64,000 nt of DNA from an uncultured Candidatus Saccharimonadales bacterium (GCA_964609585.1 CAZSRA010000001.1:156697-220696), one strand, 5' to 3'; positions 1 through 10,124 are shown, counted from the stretch's first letter. Notes: generated from the letters alone by a model not told the origin. Program-made: numbers and translations.

Positions 1-101
1 TGGCGAGGAATTCACTGACGGTGATAATCTGGGGAGTCATAAAATTATTATAGGCTACTTGACTGGCAAAATGATTGAGATATTGATATAATCAATTAAT
101 T

Positions 102-1235
102 ATGTCCTCGCCATCTTATATTGCAATATTGGGCCGACAGCCAGAGCTTGGCCTTGTGGAGCTGGAATCGGTAGTAGGGCCGGACGATTTGGAGCCGTTT
201 GGGCGGCAGGCGGCCATGCTTGCGGTGCCGGTTGAGATTGATCGTGTTGGTGGCGTGCTGAAATTGGGGGAGGTGTTGTACCGGGGAGCCGTGACATCGC
301 TGCGGAATTTGCCCCTGGATTTGGAGACCTTGCCGGTGCAGGGCTCAAAGACGTCATTTGGTCTTAGCGTGTATGGGACTCGCGATACGCCAAAAATGTT
401 GCTGGCGGCTGGGCTCGATCTTAAAAAACGCCTGCGTGAGCGGGGCTCGGTACGGCTCGTTGTGCCAGCGAAGGGGGTTGCGCTAACGGCGGCTGAACTG
501 CGTCATAACCGGATCGTTGAGGATGGTTTTGAGCTTCTGGTGATAGTGAGCGGTCGCGAAATGGTGATTGCTCGGACAATTGGCGTGCAGGACATTGACT
601 GGTATTCGAAACGTGACTACGACCGGCCGGCTCGAAGTGCAAGAGTGGGAATGTTGCCGCCGAAACTGGCGCAGCTTTTGGTGAATACGACCTCGGCTCC
701 AGTGGTGATGGATCCGTTTTGCGGAACTGGGGTGGTGCTGCAGGAGGCGCGGCTCTTGGGGCGAGCGGCTGTGGGTTCGGATGTGGCGGCGGAAATGGTG
801 GCGGCTACGGAGCAAAACATGGCTTGGTTGGATGGAGCGGTTGAGCGCACACTACCCGAATGGGAGGCTACGCAGGCTGACGCACGCGAAGTTGTTTTGC
901 CAGCTGGTTGTGCGGTGGTGAGCGAGGGGTACTTGGGGCCAAATTTGGTGCACTCCCCTACTCTTTCGGAACTTGGCTCTATGCGTCATGAACTTTTGGC
1001 TCTATATAGCGATAGTTTGAAGAACTGGGCCAAACAGCTTGCTCCTGGGGCGCAGGTGAGTTTGTGCGTGCCGGCTTGGCGGATTGGACATACGTGGCAC
1101 TATCTGGGATTAGTTGACGAACTGCCTCATTTAGGCTACACTCGGAAGAGTTTTCGTGCTGCTGGGACTCCCCTACTCTATGCTAGAGAAGATCAAGTGG
1201 TCGGGCGGCAATTATTGTTACTGAGGAAAATATAA
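102..1235 (+). CDS. Class I SAM-dependent RNA (or DNA) methyltransferase, THUMP/COG0116-like family
   Basis: SAM-binding motif I VMDPFCGTGVVLQEA; paralog of the ORF at 31087-32157, which carries DPMCGSGT and an NLPWG motif. Confidence 0.55.
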   Translation: MSSPSYIAILGRQPELGLVELESVVGPDDLEPFGRQAAMLAVPVEIDRVGGVLKLGEVLYRGAVTSLRNLPLDLETLPVQGSKTSFGLSVYGTRDTPKMLLAAGLDLKKRLRERGSVRLVVPAKGVALTAAELRHNRIVEDGFELLVIVSGREMVIARTIGVQDIDWYSKRDYDRPARSARVGMLPPKLAQLLVNTTSAPVVMDPFCGTGVVLQEARLLGRAAVGSDVAAEMVAATEQNMAWLDGAVERTLPEWEATQADAREVVLPAGCAVVSEGYLGPNLVHSPTLSELGSMRHELLALYSDSLKNWAKQLAPGAQVSLCVPAWRIGHTWHYLGLVDELPHLGYTRKSFRAAGTPLLYAREDQVVGRQLLLLRKI

Positions 1236-1238
1236 GCT

Positions 1239-1523
1239 ATGTCACATACAAAAGCCGGTGGTTCAGTCAAGACTGGCCGCGATAGTCAATCTAAGCGCCT
1301 GGGTGTTAAGCTCTTTGGCGACCAATTTGTCCGCTCGGGCAGCGTGATCGTGCGTCAGCGTGGTACGCGTATGGAGGCTGGTGTGGGTGTGGGTGTTGGA
1401 AAAGATCACACCTTGTTTGCTTTGGCGGATGGTGTCGTGAAGTTTTCAGTGAAGAAGATTCAGAAGTTTACCGGCACAAAGGTACGTCGTACGTTTGTCT
1501 CAGTGGTATCCGACGCTAAATAA
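1239..1523 (+). CDS. rpmA: 50S ribosomal protein L27
   Basis: 94 aa; N-terminus [19 protein letters not shown] and a Gly-rich core typical of L27. Confidence 0.9.
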   Translation: MSHTKAGGSVKTGRDSQSKRLGVKLFGDQFVRSGSVIVRQRGTRMEAGVGVGVGKDHTLFALADGVVKFSVKKIQKFTGTKVRRTFVSVVSDAK

Positions 1524-1544
1524 TCCCTTAGCTACCGGTTAAGT

Positions 1545-1581
1545 AAAATCCCCCAGGGCAGTTTGTTCGGGGGATTTTTCT
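1545..1581 (+). terminator. Rho-independent terminator after rpmA
   Basis: 10-bp stem AAAATCCCCC / GGGGGATTTT followed by a T-run. Confidence 0.6.
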
Positions 1582-1647
1582 TGGCAACTGTTTTTCGATG
1601 CTTATTATTGATTTTTGTCTTGCATGGTTTTTGTTTTTTGATATGCT

Positions 1648-2220
1648 ATGAATATGAACAAAAGCCGAACTAATATTCGAACGATTGTCGAGCATATTGA
1701 GCCGCTTGACGCTTTGGAGCGAGCGACAATCGCTAAGGTATTGGCCTGGATTGATGGTGGTGCTGAGCTTTTTCGACGTGTTAAACCGGATGTGCCGAAT
1801 CAACATTTGGTGTCATATTTTGTGCTTGTAGATGGGAAGCGCAGCCAGGTTCTACTGGTGAATCATCGTAAGGCCGGATTGTGGCTTCCAACTGGCGGTC
1901 ATGTGGAGCTGGATGAAGACCCTCATGAAACGGTAAAGCGAGAATTTGCCGAAGAGTTGGGCCTGCGGGCGGCCTCAGAGGCAAGCATAGGGAGTCTGCC
2001 CTTGATGATAACGACAAACGTAACAAATGGAGACGGGCGACACACCGACGTTTGCCTGTGGTATGTGGTGGCGGGGGATGTGAATATGGAGCTTGATCCT
2101 GATCCGGGAGAGTTTATTGGGCATCGATGGTGGACATTCGATGAGGTGTTGGCTGCGGATATTGGTGGGTTAGACCCAGCGACGCACCGGTTTTTGCGTA
2201 AACTGCAAGGGAGGTTTTAG
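1648..2220 (+). CDS. NUDIX hydrolase
   Basis: Nudix box GGHVELDEDPHETVKREFAEELGL. Confidence 0.8.
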   Translation: MNMNKSRTNIRTIVEHIEPLDALERATIAKVLAWIDGGAELFRRVKPDVPNQHLVSYFVLVDGKRSQVLLVNHRKAGLWLPTGGHVELDEDPHETVKREFAEELGLRAASEASIGSLPLMITTNVTNGDGRHTDVCLWYVVAGDVNMELDPDPGEFIGHRWWTFDEVLAADIGGLDPATHRFLRKLQGRF

Positions 2221-2283
2221 ATGTTGGTGGCATTGGTGTTTGCGTGGTTTGATAAGCGCAAGAGAAAATCTTCCGAGATCGAG

Positions 2284-2685
2284 TTAGTTCGTGGAGCCGA
2301 TTTCTTTCAGACCGAGGTGGAAACGAATTCGCTTCATAACGTCGGCAATTACGGCTTGTGATTTTACGAGGAAATCATCGGCGCCGAGATCTTTGGCTCG
2401 TTGTTTGTCTGAAGGTTGAGAGAGGGCGGTTAAAATGATGATCTTTGTATGCGCGGTTTCTTTGGTGTTGCGGAGGATATCGAGTACATCGAAGCCTGAG
2501 ATATTCGGCATCATGATGTCGAGCAAGATCAGATCAGGAAGGTATTCGACGGCTTTTTGCATTGCTTCTTCACCATTCGGACAATGGTAAACATCAAATC
2601 CTTCAGCCTCCATGCGCACTTTGTAGGCTGAGGCTAGCGCTAAGTCGTCTTCGACGAGTAATATGCGTGGTTTTTGGTTATTCAT
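2284..2685 (-). CDS. Single-domain (receiver-only, CheY-like) response regulator
   Basis: ILLVEDD...LILLDIMMP...K motifs; no output domain; 4-bp overlap (ATGA) with the pyrG stop. Confidence 0.8.
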   Translation of the reverse strand: MNNQKPRILLVEDDLALASAYKVRMEAEGFDVYHCPNGEEAMQKAVEYLPDLILLDIMMPNISGFDVLDILRNTKETAHTKIIILTALSQPSDKQRAKDLGADDFLVKSQAVIADVMKRIRFHLGLKEIGSTN

Positions 2686-4328
2686 AGCCCAACTATACTA
2701 CTTTTGGCCGGGGTTTGGGCAATTTGACGGCTGTAGGCGTCGGCCGCTTTCATGAAGCCATCGAACAACGGGTGCGGCCGGTTTGGGCGCGACTTAAACT
2801 CGGGATGGAACTGGCTTGCAACGAAGAAGGGGTGGTCCTTGATCTCGATGATTTCGACAAGACGTTTGTCGGGTGACAGACCGGCCAGAACTAGGCCAGC
2901 GGCTTGAAGCTGTTCACGGTAGGCATTGTTGAACTCGAAACGGTGGCGGTGGCGTTCGACGATTTTTTTGGTTCCGTAGACTCGGGCGCTTATCGAGTGA
3001 GGATCAAGAACGCAGGGGTAGTTTCCGAGGCGCATAGTTCCGCCTTTGGCTGTGACGTCTTTTTGATCAGCCATAATGTCAATTACAGGATGAGTTGTGT
3101 CCGGGTTGACTTCGGTTGAGTTGGCATCTTCGAGGCCAATATGACGAGCAAGGGCGATAACGGCCATTTGCAAGCCATAGCACAAGCCAAGATATGGGAT
3201 GTTATGAGTCATGGCATATTGAGCGGCTTTGATTTTGCCCTCGACGCCACGACCACCAAATCCGCCCGGCACAATAAGGCCGTCGTAGCCGGCGAGGAGA
3301 CTTGGGTCATCATAAATCTTTTCGGCGTCAATCCAACAGATTTCAGGACGGATATGATTCGCCCAGCCAGCGGCTTTTACGGCCTCAAAGACACATAAAT
3401 ATGTATCCTCATTTTCCATGTACTTTGCGACTACGCCAATTCTTAGTCGGTGGTGGTCGGGGTGCTTAATGAGCTCTACGAGGCGTTTCCAGTCGCCGAG
3501 TTTGGCAGCACGGGTTCCAAGACCAAGGTGTCCGGTAACGTAATCGCCGAGGCCGGCTGTTTCGAGCATGAGTGGAACTTCGTAGACGGTTTTGACCGTG
3601 GGCATGGGGATGATGCCACCTTCATCGACATCACAAAAGAGGCTGAGCTTATTGAGTACGTGTTGGCTTACGGGTCTTTCGGAGCGGGCGACAATGACGT
3701 CGGGCTGAATACCAGCTGCTCGTAGTTCGCGGACGGTGTTTTGGGCCGGTTTGGTTTTGATCTCGTGGGAAGCTTCGAGATATGGCAGATAGACAACATG
3801 GATATAGAGGGTGTTTTCGGCACCGACCTTGCGCTTAAACTGGCGGATGGCCTCTAGAAAAGCAAGCGATTCGATGTCACCCACGGTGCCACCAATTTCG
3901 ACAATGTGGAAATCAAAGCCGGTACCAGCTAACTGAATTTGGTGTAAGACTTCGTTGGTGACGTGGGGGATAATTTGGACCGTTTTACCGAGATATTTAC
4001 CAGCACGCTCACCCGCGATAACGTTGGCATAGATGCGGCCGTTCATGAGTGAACTGGACTGACCCAGCTCTTCGTCCAGAAATCGTTCGTAATGGCCAAG
4101 GTCGAGGTCGGTTTCGGCGCCGTCTTTGGTGACGAACACTTCTCCGTGCTCGGCTGGGTTCATAGTGCCGGCATCGGTATTGAGATAGGGGTCGCATTTT
4201 TGAATATTAACTGAAAAACCGCGGGCTTTTAGGATGGTGCCCAAAGAAGCTGCGGTGATGCCTTTACCGAGTCCGGATAGGACTCCCCCCGTTACAAAAA
4301 TAAATTTAGTCTGGCTTTTTTGCGCCAC
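2682..4328 (-). CDS. pyrG: CTP synthase
   Basis: KFIFVTGGVLSGLGKG N-terminus; glutamine amidotransferase C-domain with GICYGLQ. Start chosen at the GTG preceded by AAGGAG rather than the ORF-track start at 4346. Confidence 0.9.
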   Translation of the reverse strand: MAQKSQTKFIFVTGGVLSGLGKGITAASLGTILKARGFSVNIQKCDPYLNTDAGTMNPAEHGEVFVTKDGAETDLDLGHYERFLDEELGQSSSLMNGRIYANVIAGERAGKYLGKTVQIIPHVTNEVLHQIQLAGTGFDFHIVEIGGTVGDIESLAFLEAIRQFKRKVGAENTLYIHVVYLPYLEASHEIKTKPAQNTVRELRAAGIQPDVIVARSERPVSQHVLNKLSLFCDVDEGGIIPMPTVKTVYEVPLMLETAGLGDYVTGHLGLGTRAAKLGDWKRLVELIKHPDHHRLRIGVVAKYMENEDTYLCVFEAVKAAGWANHIRPEICWIDAEKIYDDPSLLAGYDGLIVPGGFGGRGVEGKIKAAQYAMTHNIPYLGLCYGLQMAVIALARHIGLEDANSTEVNPDTTHPVIDIMADQKDVTAKGGTMRLGNYPCVLDPHSISARVYGTKKIVERHRHRFEFNNAYREQLQAAGLVLAGLSPDKRLVEIIEIKDHPFFVASQFHPEFKSRPNRPHPLFDGFMKAADAYSRQIAQTPAKSSIVGL

Positions 4329-4478
4329 ACGTCTCCTTTCCAACACACTCGTTTCATCGGTAACACCAATTGGTTTTGATAATACCTGAGACGAGCCAAG
4401 AGGGCAAGGAAAATCTTTATGGTTTTTAAAACGTCGTGAGGCGCCCGGGGATTCCCGGACGCCTCTGATGGCGACTGT

Positions 4479-5202
4479 TCAGGTAGGGCTTCTGAGCAGT
4501 CGCCGGCTAATGATTCGTTCAGCTTGCGTGAGCGAATTGATTGGATAGATGTCTCGCCGGCGGGTTGACGCGCGATCTTTCCCGTCTGTCGTGAGATTGT
4601 GGAAAAGAAGGGTGTGCCCCGTGAGTGGGTGGACGGCGAGGACGTTTTGTCCTTTGTCGTCAATGAGGATGACACGTCGGCAGATTCGTCCGTAGACTGA
4701 AGGTCTTCGTTCGTGGGTTGTAGCCGTTTTGGAGCAGCTCCCCTTTGTTGCCCGAGATCACATACACCTGGAGGTCTTTGAGTTCGGGGCAGAATGAAAC
4801 CTTGAACTCCTGGTGGACCGACGCTCCCTTTGTGATAATTATGGGCTGCACTTTTGGGTGGCGCTGAAGGAAGAGCACAAGCTCCTTCGCGCCCGGCCGC
4901 AAGTACGGATGCCCATTTGGGTACTTTTTCTCGACGTAAGCCCTGATCTGAGCCTGTGCATCCGAGATTCCGTACTGCTCGAGGAATCCGAGGACGTCGA
5001 AGTCGCCCATCTTCTCGGCTTCTTGCATGGTGTGGACTGCTTCCAGGCCCTCGAGCTGGGCGAACCACTCCATGACATCGGAAAAGTACAGGCCGGAGTC
5101 GAAGAGCGTGCGATCCAGGTCTAGCACTGCGAGCCAGTCGAGGATTAGCTTTTGGACTCGGGGTCTCACGGACGGAACCGCGGCTTTTATAGTGCAAGCC
5201 AT
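4479..5202 (-). pseudogene. HAD-superfamily hydrolase with an apparent +1 frameshift near 4680-4740
   Basis: Frame A carries motif I LDLDRTLFDS and motif II PIIIITKG and stops at 4660. Motif IV VILIDDKGQNV continues in a second frame that ends at 4479. The start ATG (5200-5202) has an AGGAG RBS. Confidence 0.45.
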
Positions 5203-5318
5203 TTTCCGTCTCCTCTCACTTGTGGATTGATGGCTTCGCGACACGATACCACATTTGTTTTATTTTGTCATTTCTAAATTGTAGTGGCGGCTGGTATATT
5301 TTGAGGGTTTTTGATAAA

Positions 5319-6017
5319 TTAGCGCACTTCGGTAAGGGATGTAATTATTTTAATGTCCGGTCGCCCGGTAACGGGCGGATATTTGGCGTCTTTGCGGACG
5401 ATTTGGTACAGCGTGAGGCCTGGTCGTTTGGTAATGGCACCGATTTGTTCGGCATTGTCTTCAATAACGAAGGCTTCGTCATAGTGTTTGGTGCCTGCTT
5501 GAAAGCCATTGCGCCAGAGCTCGCTTAGGAACCTGCCTTTGTTGTCTTCAATGATCTCTTTGCCTTCGAGAATAATGTGTGGGATGGGAGCGACATAGTG
5601 GCCGAGTCGGCGTTCAAGCTCGCTATGAATAAGCTCTAGCTTGAGTTCCTGGGTTTTTCTCACCCCAACGGTGATAAACCATAGGTCGGTTCCCGCTTGC
5701 TTTAAGAGGCGTTTGAACATACTTACGGCGTCGTCAAATACGAGATTGTGATGGCGCATACCTTCTATTATTTGGGGACGAAGCTCATCGAAGTCGAGGC
5801 CGTATTGCTGCTTGAGGTGTTCCTCGATGTCGTGGCCAAAGCTGCGGCCGTCGGTTTTGAAGTAGAACTCCCCCACTTCTTGATGGAAAATTTTTGCGTC
5901 AATGCGATTTGGGTAGAGTTTCGACATAACTTCCCCGAGGGCATCAACTGCCCTGTAGGTTTGATAGATGCTGCTGTCGATGTCGATTGCGCCGACGCGG
6001 TTGACGGGATCTGTCAT
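5319..6017 (-). CDS. HAD-family hydrolase (second, adjacent paralog)
   Basis: AIDIDSSIY DxD motif near the N-terminus; FVIEDN motif IV; TAGGAGAG RBS. Confidence 0.55.
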   Translation of the reverse strand: MTDPVNRVGAIDIDSSIYQTYRAVDALGEVMSKLYPNRIDAKIFHQEVGEFYFKTDGRSFGHDIEEHLKQQYGLDFDELRPQIIEGMRHHNLVFDDAVSMFKRLLKQAGTDLWFITVGVRKTQELKLELIHSELERRLGHYVAPIPHIILEGKEIIEDNKGRFLSELWRNGFQAGTKHYDEAFVIEDNAEQIGAITKRPGLTLYQIVRKDAKYPPVTGRPDIKIITSLTEVR

Positions 6018-6029
6018 GGCTTTTCTCTC

Positions 6030-7253
6030 CTATTTCAACATATCGAGAGCTTTGTCGAGCTGAGGATCGCGGTTGGCGTTGAAGTCGTCGGCCGTAAGTT
6101 TGATGTCGACGTCGGGCTTGATCCCTTCTTTGTTGATGTTGATACCGCCGGGGGTGTACCAGTGGGCGACGGTAACTTTGAGCTGCGAACCGCCAGGCAG
6201 ATCTTTGATTTCCTGGACGCTGCCTTTGCCGAAGCTTTTTTCGCCTTCGAGCTGAGCGACTTTATTATCGTGAAGGGCACCAGCGACAATTTCCGAGGCG
6301 CTAGCAGATCCGCCGTTTATGAGCACTACGGTTGGCAGGCCGATGAGTTTGCCGCCGGCGCTGGCGGGGAGGGTGTTGGTAGTTTTGCCATCGGTGCGCT
6401 CAGAGACGACTGTTTTGCCTTCAGGTAAAAACTCGCTAGCAACAGATACGCCAGCGTCGAGGTAACCGCCGCCGTTGCCTCGTAGGTCGAGGATGATTTT
6501 GGTGGCACCTTGGCTTTTGAGATCGGCTGCGGCTTGGTCGACGAGACCGGCGGTGTCGGTACCAAAGCGGGTAATGTCGATATAGCCGACATTGCCGTTT
6601 TTGAGGCTCCATTTAACGCTTTTAACGGTAATGTTGGCTCGTGTGATCGTGACATCAAACGCAGCTGGAGTGCCACTACGAATGAGGTTTAGGGTGACTT
6701 TGGTGCCGGCTGCTCCGCGAATTTTCGAAACAGCGGTGTCGACATCCATGCCGGTGGTGTCTTCACCATTGATTTTGGCGATGAGGTCGCCGGTTTTGAG
6801 TCCAGCGGCTGCAGCGGGTGTGTCTGCAATGGGTGAGATTACGGTTAGGACATTGTTTTTGATGCCGATTTCCGCGCCAATGCCAGAGAGTTGGCCGTTT
6901 AGATCGTCCGATAGGGCTTTTGAGGCTTGGGGATTTAAGTAGACGGTGTAGGGGTCGCTGCCAGCTGCAACGAGACCAGCCTTGGCGCCGTCAAGCGCTT
7001 GCTGATCGGTGATTTTGCCATCGAAATTGCGCTGCATGAGTGCATAAATGGTGTTTAAGCTCGAAAAGTCGAGGTGGTGGGCTGGTTTTGCAAAGGGATC
7101 CGGAATGATGCCGGGGTACATGTCGCCGACGTAGAACGATCCGAGTGCGATAACAAGAATGCCTGCGCCGAGAAATATGGGGTTGATCTCGACTTTTTTC
7201 AAACTGACGAATTTATTCAAAATGAATGAACCTTTCTTTAGCGCTGCATTCAT
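6030..7253 (-). CDS. ctpA: C-terminal processing peptidase S41 (tail-specific protease) with PDZ domain and N-terminal membrane anchor
   Basis: PDZ segment GIGAEIGI...GDLIAKING; S41 core ILDLRGNGGGYL. Confidence 0.8.
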   Translation of the reverse strand: MNAALKKGSFILNKFVSLKKVEINPIFLGAGILVIALGSFYVGDMYPGIIPDPFAKPAHHLDFSSLNTIYALMQRNFDGKITDQQALDGAKAGLVAAGSDPYTVYLNPQASKALSDDLNGQLSGIGAEIGIKNNVLTVISPIADTPAAAAGLKTGDLIAKINGEDTTGMDVDTAVSKIRGAAGTKVTLNLIRSGTPAAFDVTITRANITVKSVKWSLKNGNVGYIDITRFGTDTAGLVDQAAADLKSQGATKIILDLRGNGGGYLDAGVSVASEFLPEGKTVVSERTDGKTTNTLPASAGGKLIGLPTVVLINGGSASASEIVAGALHDNKVAQLEGEKSFGKGSVQEIKDLPGGSQLKVTVAHWYTPGGININKEGIKPDVDIKLTADDFNANRDPQLDKALDMLK

Positions 7254-7304
7254 TAGTGTAGCCGATTTGGAGATTTTTTGCCTGAGAATATGAATTTTAG
7301 TTTG

Positions 7305-8408
7305 CTAGCGGAAGTGGATGAAATACAGCGAACTTGTCTGCCATTCGTCGACGGAGTAATGACCGGTGTTGTCGGCGTTGAAGCTCGAGACGATGACAGT
7401 GGAGCTTTTGACCTGCTCAACAATCATGGCATGTCCGAAAGCTCCGCCCATATAGATGGCCACATCACCGATATGGGGCGAATTATCTACAGGGATCCCG
7501 GAGGCTCTGGCGTTACCGGGCCACTGGTTGGCATTGCCGCGTCCGCCCCAATAGGGCATGGTGTGGCCGAAGCGTTCGGCAGTGGCCCAGGCGGCGTAAC
7601 TTACACATTCACGGTTATACATTCCCCACGAATCGGCCATGCTGTCCTGTGGAGAATTGCACCAGACCGCGGGATATCCGCCGCAACCCGACCCGCCGCT
7701 AATGTGGTGGCTGGCGGCGGCGATAGCAATAGCCTGCTCGGATCGTAGCTTGGAAACCTGGGCATTAGAGTCTCGCACCTGCTGATCGGCAGAGGCGGCA
7801 TTTTGGCTGTAGAGTGCGAGTAATTGTGCGGCTTCATTCCGGGTTTTGTCTAGCGCTATTTGCTGACTTTTCTGATCTTCTAGAGTCTTAGCTAAGCTTG
7901 TTTGCTGATCTTCGAGCGACTTTTTTAACTTCTGAATCTCGTCCATAGCTGATTGAATTTTGGTTTTGATGGTTTCTCGGTATTGCTCGGTGTCTAAAAA
8001 ATCGCTTATGTTTTGGCTGGAAGCGAGCATTTCGATGGGAGAAACACTTGAGTCGAAGTACATTGTTTTTACGATGTCGGCGAGGACGGCTTTTTGGTTC
8101 GCTAGCTTGGCCTGTGCGTCGGCTATTTGGGCAATAAGTTTGGCCGACTGGGCTTCGTTCAAGTTGATCTGGGTTTGGAGTTCGCGGATTTGGGCATTGA
8201 GCTGGTTAAGCTTAGTTTGAGCGTCGCTGGCTTGGGCGTGAAAAGTTGCTGCTTGGGCTGCGGCATCGGCAGCTTGTTGTTTGGCGGCGGCAATGGCATC
8301 GTCGAATTGATCGGCGTACACATTGCCGGCTGAGAGCAACAGGATAAGCACGACGCTGAGGCTAGCGAAGATTTTTTTGAAGATTTGAATTTTTTGAACG
8401 CTACGCAA
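7305..8408 (-). CDS. PcsB-like secreted peptidoglycan hydrolase (coiled-coil plus C-terminal CHAP domain)
   Basis: Signal peptide; long Ala/Gln-rich coiled-coil; CHAP Cys (NRECVSYAAW) and His (GHAMIVE); sits directly downstream of ftsX. Confidence 0.75.
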   Translation of the reverse strand: MRSVQKIQIFKKIFASLSVVLILLLSAGNVYADQFDDAIAAAKQQAADAAAQAATFHAQASDAQTKLNQLNAQIRELQTQINLNEAQSAKLIAQIADAQAKLANQKAVLADIVKTMYFDSSVSPIEMLASSQNISDFLDTEQYRETIKTKIQSAMDEIQKLKKSLEDQQTSLAKTLEDQKSQQIALDKTRNEAAQLLALYSQNAASADQQVRDSNAQVSKLRSEQAIAIAAASHHISGGSGCGGYPAVWCNSPQDSMADSWGMYNRECVSYAAWATAERFGHTMPYWGGRGNANQWPGNARASGIPVDNSPHIGDVAIYMGGAFGHAMIVEQVKSSTVIVSSFNADNTGHYSVDEWQTSSLYFIHFR

Positions 8409-8488
8409 AAATCTGGCCCCTCCAGGTTAGCTTTATGTTACGTTACCCGTTTCTTATCTGTCAAACTCGTTCTGGAGGTTCATCGTGC

Positions 8489-9406
8489 TTACAGTTTTAA
8501 ATAGCGGCTCATGGCGAGTAGGCTCGACAAGATGCCAATACACATACCGATCAAGATTTGAGCGCAAATAATGAGAAATGGGTACGATGTGAAGAGAATC
8601 ATGGTGGAATGGACGTTGATGTAATTGCTGAGTTTGGGGCCGACACCAAGGAGAAGTGCATACGCTAGAGCCGTGGCGATGAAGGCGCCGACCGTGCCAT
8701 ATAGTATGGCCTCAAACAGGAATGGCCCGCGTATAAACCATTTTGTGGCGCCGACGAGTTTCATAATTTCGATTTCATCGCGTCGAGTGAAAATAGCCAT
8801 CCGAATGGTGTTAAAGATAATGAGCGTAGATATTACAAGAAAGATCAGACTGGCGATCAACCCAAGCTGGATAACGAAATCTGAACCATGAATGATGTTT
8901 TGAATAGCATCTTTGCGCGAGCCGGAGATGCTAACGGGATGTTGGCTATCGAGCAACGGCTTGATCTGTGGGTCACTTGCGACTTTGATGAGGTCATTGA
9001 GTTTATTGCGATCTTTTAGGTGTACTTCGTAAGATGCCGGTAAGGTGTTGCCGGTAATTTCGATAGCTTCAAGCTGGGTGGGATTATTTTTATTTTGATC
9101 TTTGAAGTGAGCGACGGCGTCGGCTTTTGAAATATAGTCAATTTGCTGAACATTGCCGGTAGCTTTGAGGCGGTCTTCGACGAGCGTTTTTTGTTGATCA
9201 GTAATGGTGTCCTGCAGATAAACGGACAACACGATTTTGTCGGTTAGACCTTTGACGGTGTCGGTAAGAGCGGAATTTGAGATAAACGATATAACGACGA
9301 TCGTGAGCGTGACGGTCATGACGGCTGTGGCGGCGGTAGAAAGCCACAGATTCCGGAGGAAATTTTGGCTACCGGCAAGCAGAACGCGCCATAATTGCAG
9401 CATCAT
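8489..9406 (-). CDS. ftsX: Cell division permease FtsX
   Basis: 4-TM FtsX topology with a large extracellular loop; 4-bp overlap with ftsE. Confidence 0.8.
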   Translation of the reverse strand: MMLQLWRVLLAGSQNFLRNLWLSTAATAVMTVTLTIVVISFISNSALTDTVKGLTDKIVLSVYLQDTITDQQKTLVEDRLKATGNVQQIDYISKADAVAHFKDQNKNNPTQLEAIEITGNTLPASYEVHLKDRNKLNDLIKVASDPQIKPLLDSQHPVSISGSRKDAIQNIIHGSDFVIQLGLIASLIFLVISTLIIFNTIRMAIFTRRDEIEIMKLVGATKWFIRGPFLFEAILYGTVGAFIATALAYALLLGVGPKLSNYINVHSTMILFTSYPFLIICAQILIGMCIGILSSLLAMSRYLKL

Positions 9407-10095
9407 TTGCCGCCCTCGAGGGTGTAGCGGCCTTGCTCTTCGTCTTTGATGATACGACCGCGGTTGATGGTAATGACGCGGCGTTTGAGGGCGTTGACGA
9501 TTTCTTTATTGTGCGTGGTGAGGAGAACGGTAGTGCCGAAACGATTGATTTTGAGCAAGAGCTCAATAATTTCCCAAGCGTTTTTGGGGTCGAGATTGCC
9601 GGTGGGTTCGTCGGCGATGAGAATTTTGGGTTGGCGAATGAGCGCCCGGGCGATAGCGACGCGTTGGCGTTCGCCGCCGGAGAGCTCGTGAGGGTAGGCA
9701 CGTTCTTTGGAGGCGAGGCCGACCAGGGTGAGCATTTTGGGCACAGCGCGCTTGATCTCGCGGCCTCTGGCACCCGAAACTTCGAGCGCGAAGGCCACGT
9801 TTTCGCCGACTCGTCTGCCCGGGAGGAGCTTGAAGTCTTGGAAAACGACACCGATGCGGCGGCGAACAAGTGGGACGTCGCGGGGACGGATGGTGTCGTA
9901 GTCGAGTCCGCCCACAATGAGCTTGCCGGAGGAGTGCACTTCTTCGCGGGTCAGAAGTTTGATGAGGGTGGATTTGCCGGCACCACTGGAGCCGACGATG
10001 GTGACAAATTCCTTGGGTTGAATATGCAGATTGAGACCGCTGAGAGCGATCATTTGATTTGGGTAAACTTTCGTAACGCGGTCAAAGAGAATCAT
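9403..10095 (-). CDS. ftsE: Cell division ATP-binding protein FtsE
   Basis: Walker A GSSGAGKST, signature LSGGERQRVAIARA, Walker B ILIADEPT. Confidence 0.85.
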   Translation of the reverse strand: MILFDRVTKVYPNQMIALSGLNLHIQPKEFVTIVGSSGAGKSTLIKLLTREEVHSSGKLIVGGLDYDTIRPRDVPLVRRRIGVVFQDFKLLPGRRVGENVAFALEVSGARGREIKRAVPKMLTLVGLASKERAYPHELSGGERQRVAIARALIRQPKILIADEPTGNLDPKNAWEIIELLLKINRFGTTVLLTTHNKEIVNALKRRVITINRGRIIKDEEQGRYTLEGGK

Positions 10096-10124
10096 TTGGT
10101 ACTAGTTTATCATATGAGGGGTTT

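Noticed and set aside
59-92. Sigma70 promoter TTGACT...TATAAT upstream of the first gene
   Set aside because: The spacing between the hexamers is about 22 nt, too long for a canonical promoter; it could still be a leaderless -10-only promoter, but support is weak.
4292-5197. 301-aa Arg/Pro-rich ORF on the minus strand
   Set aside because: It is an alternative frame of the HAD hydrolase gene, with low-complexity basic composition typical of a spurious GC-rich frame.
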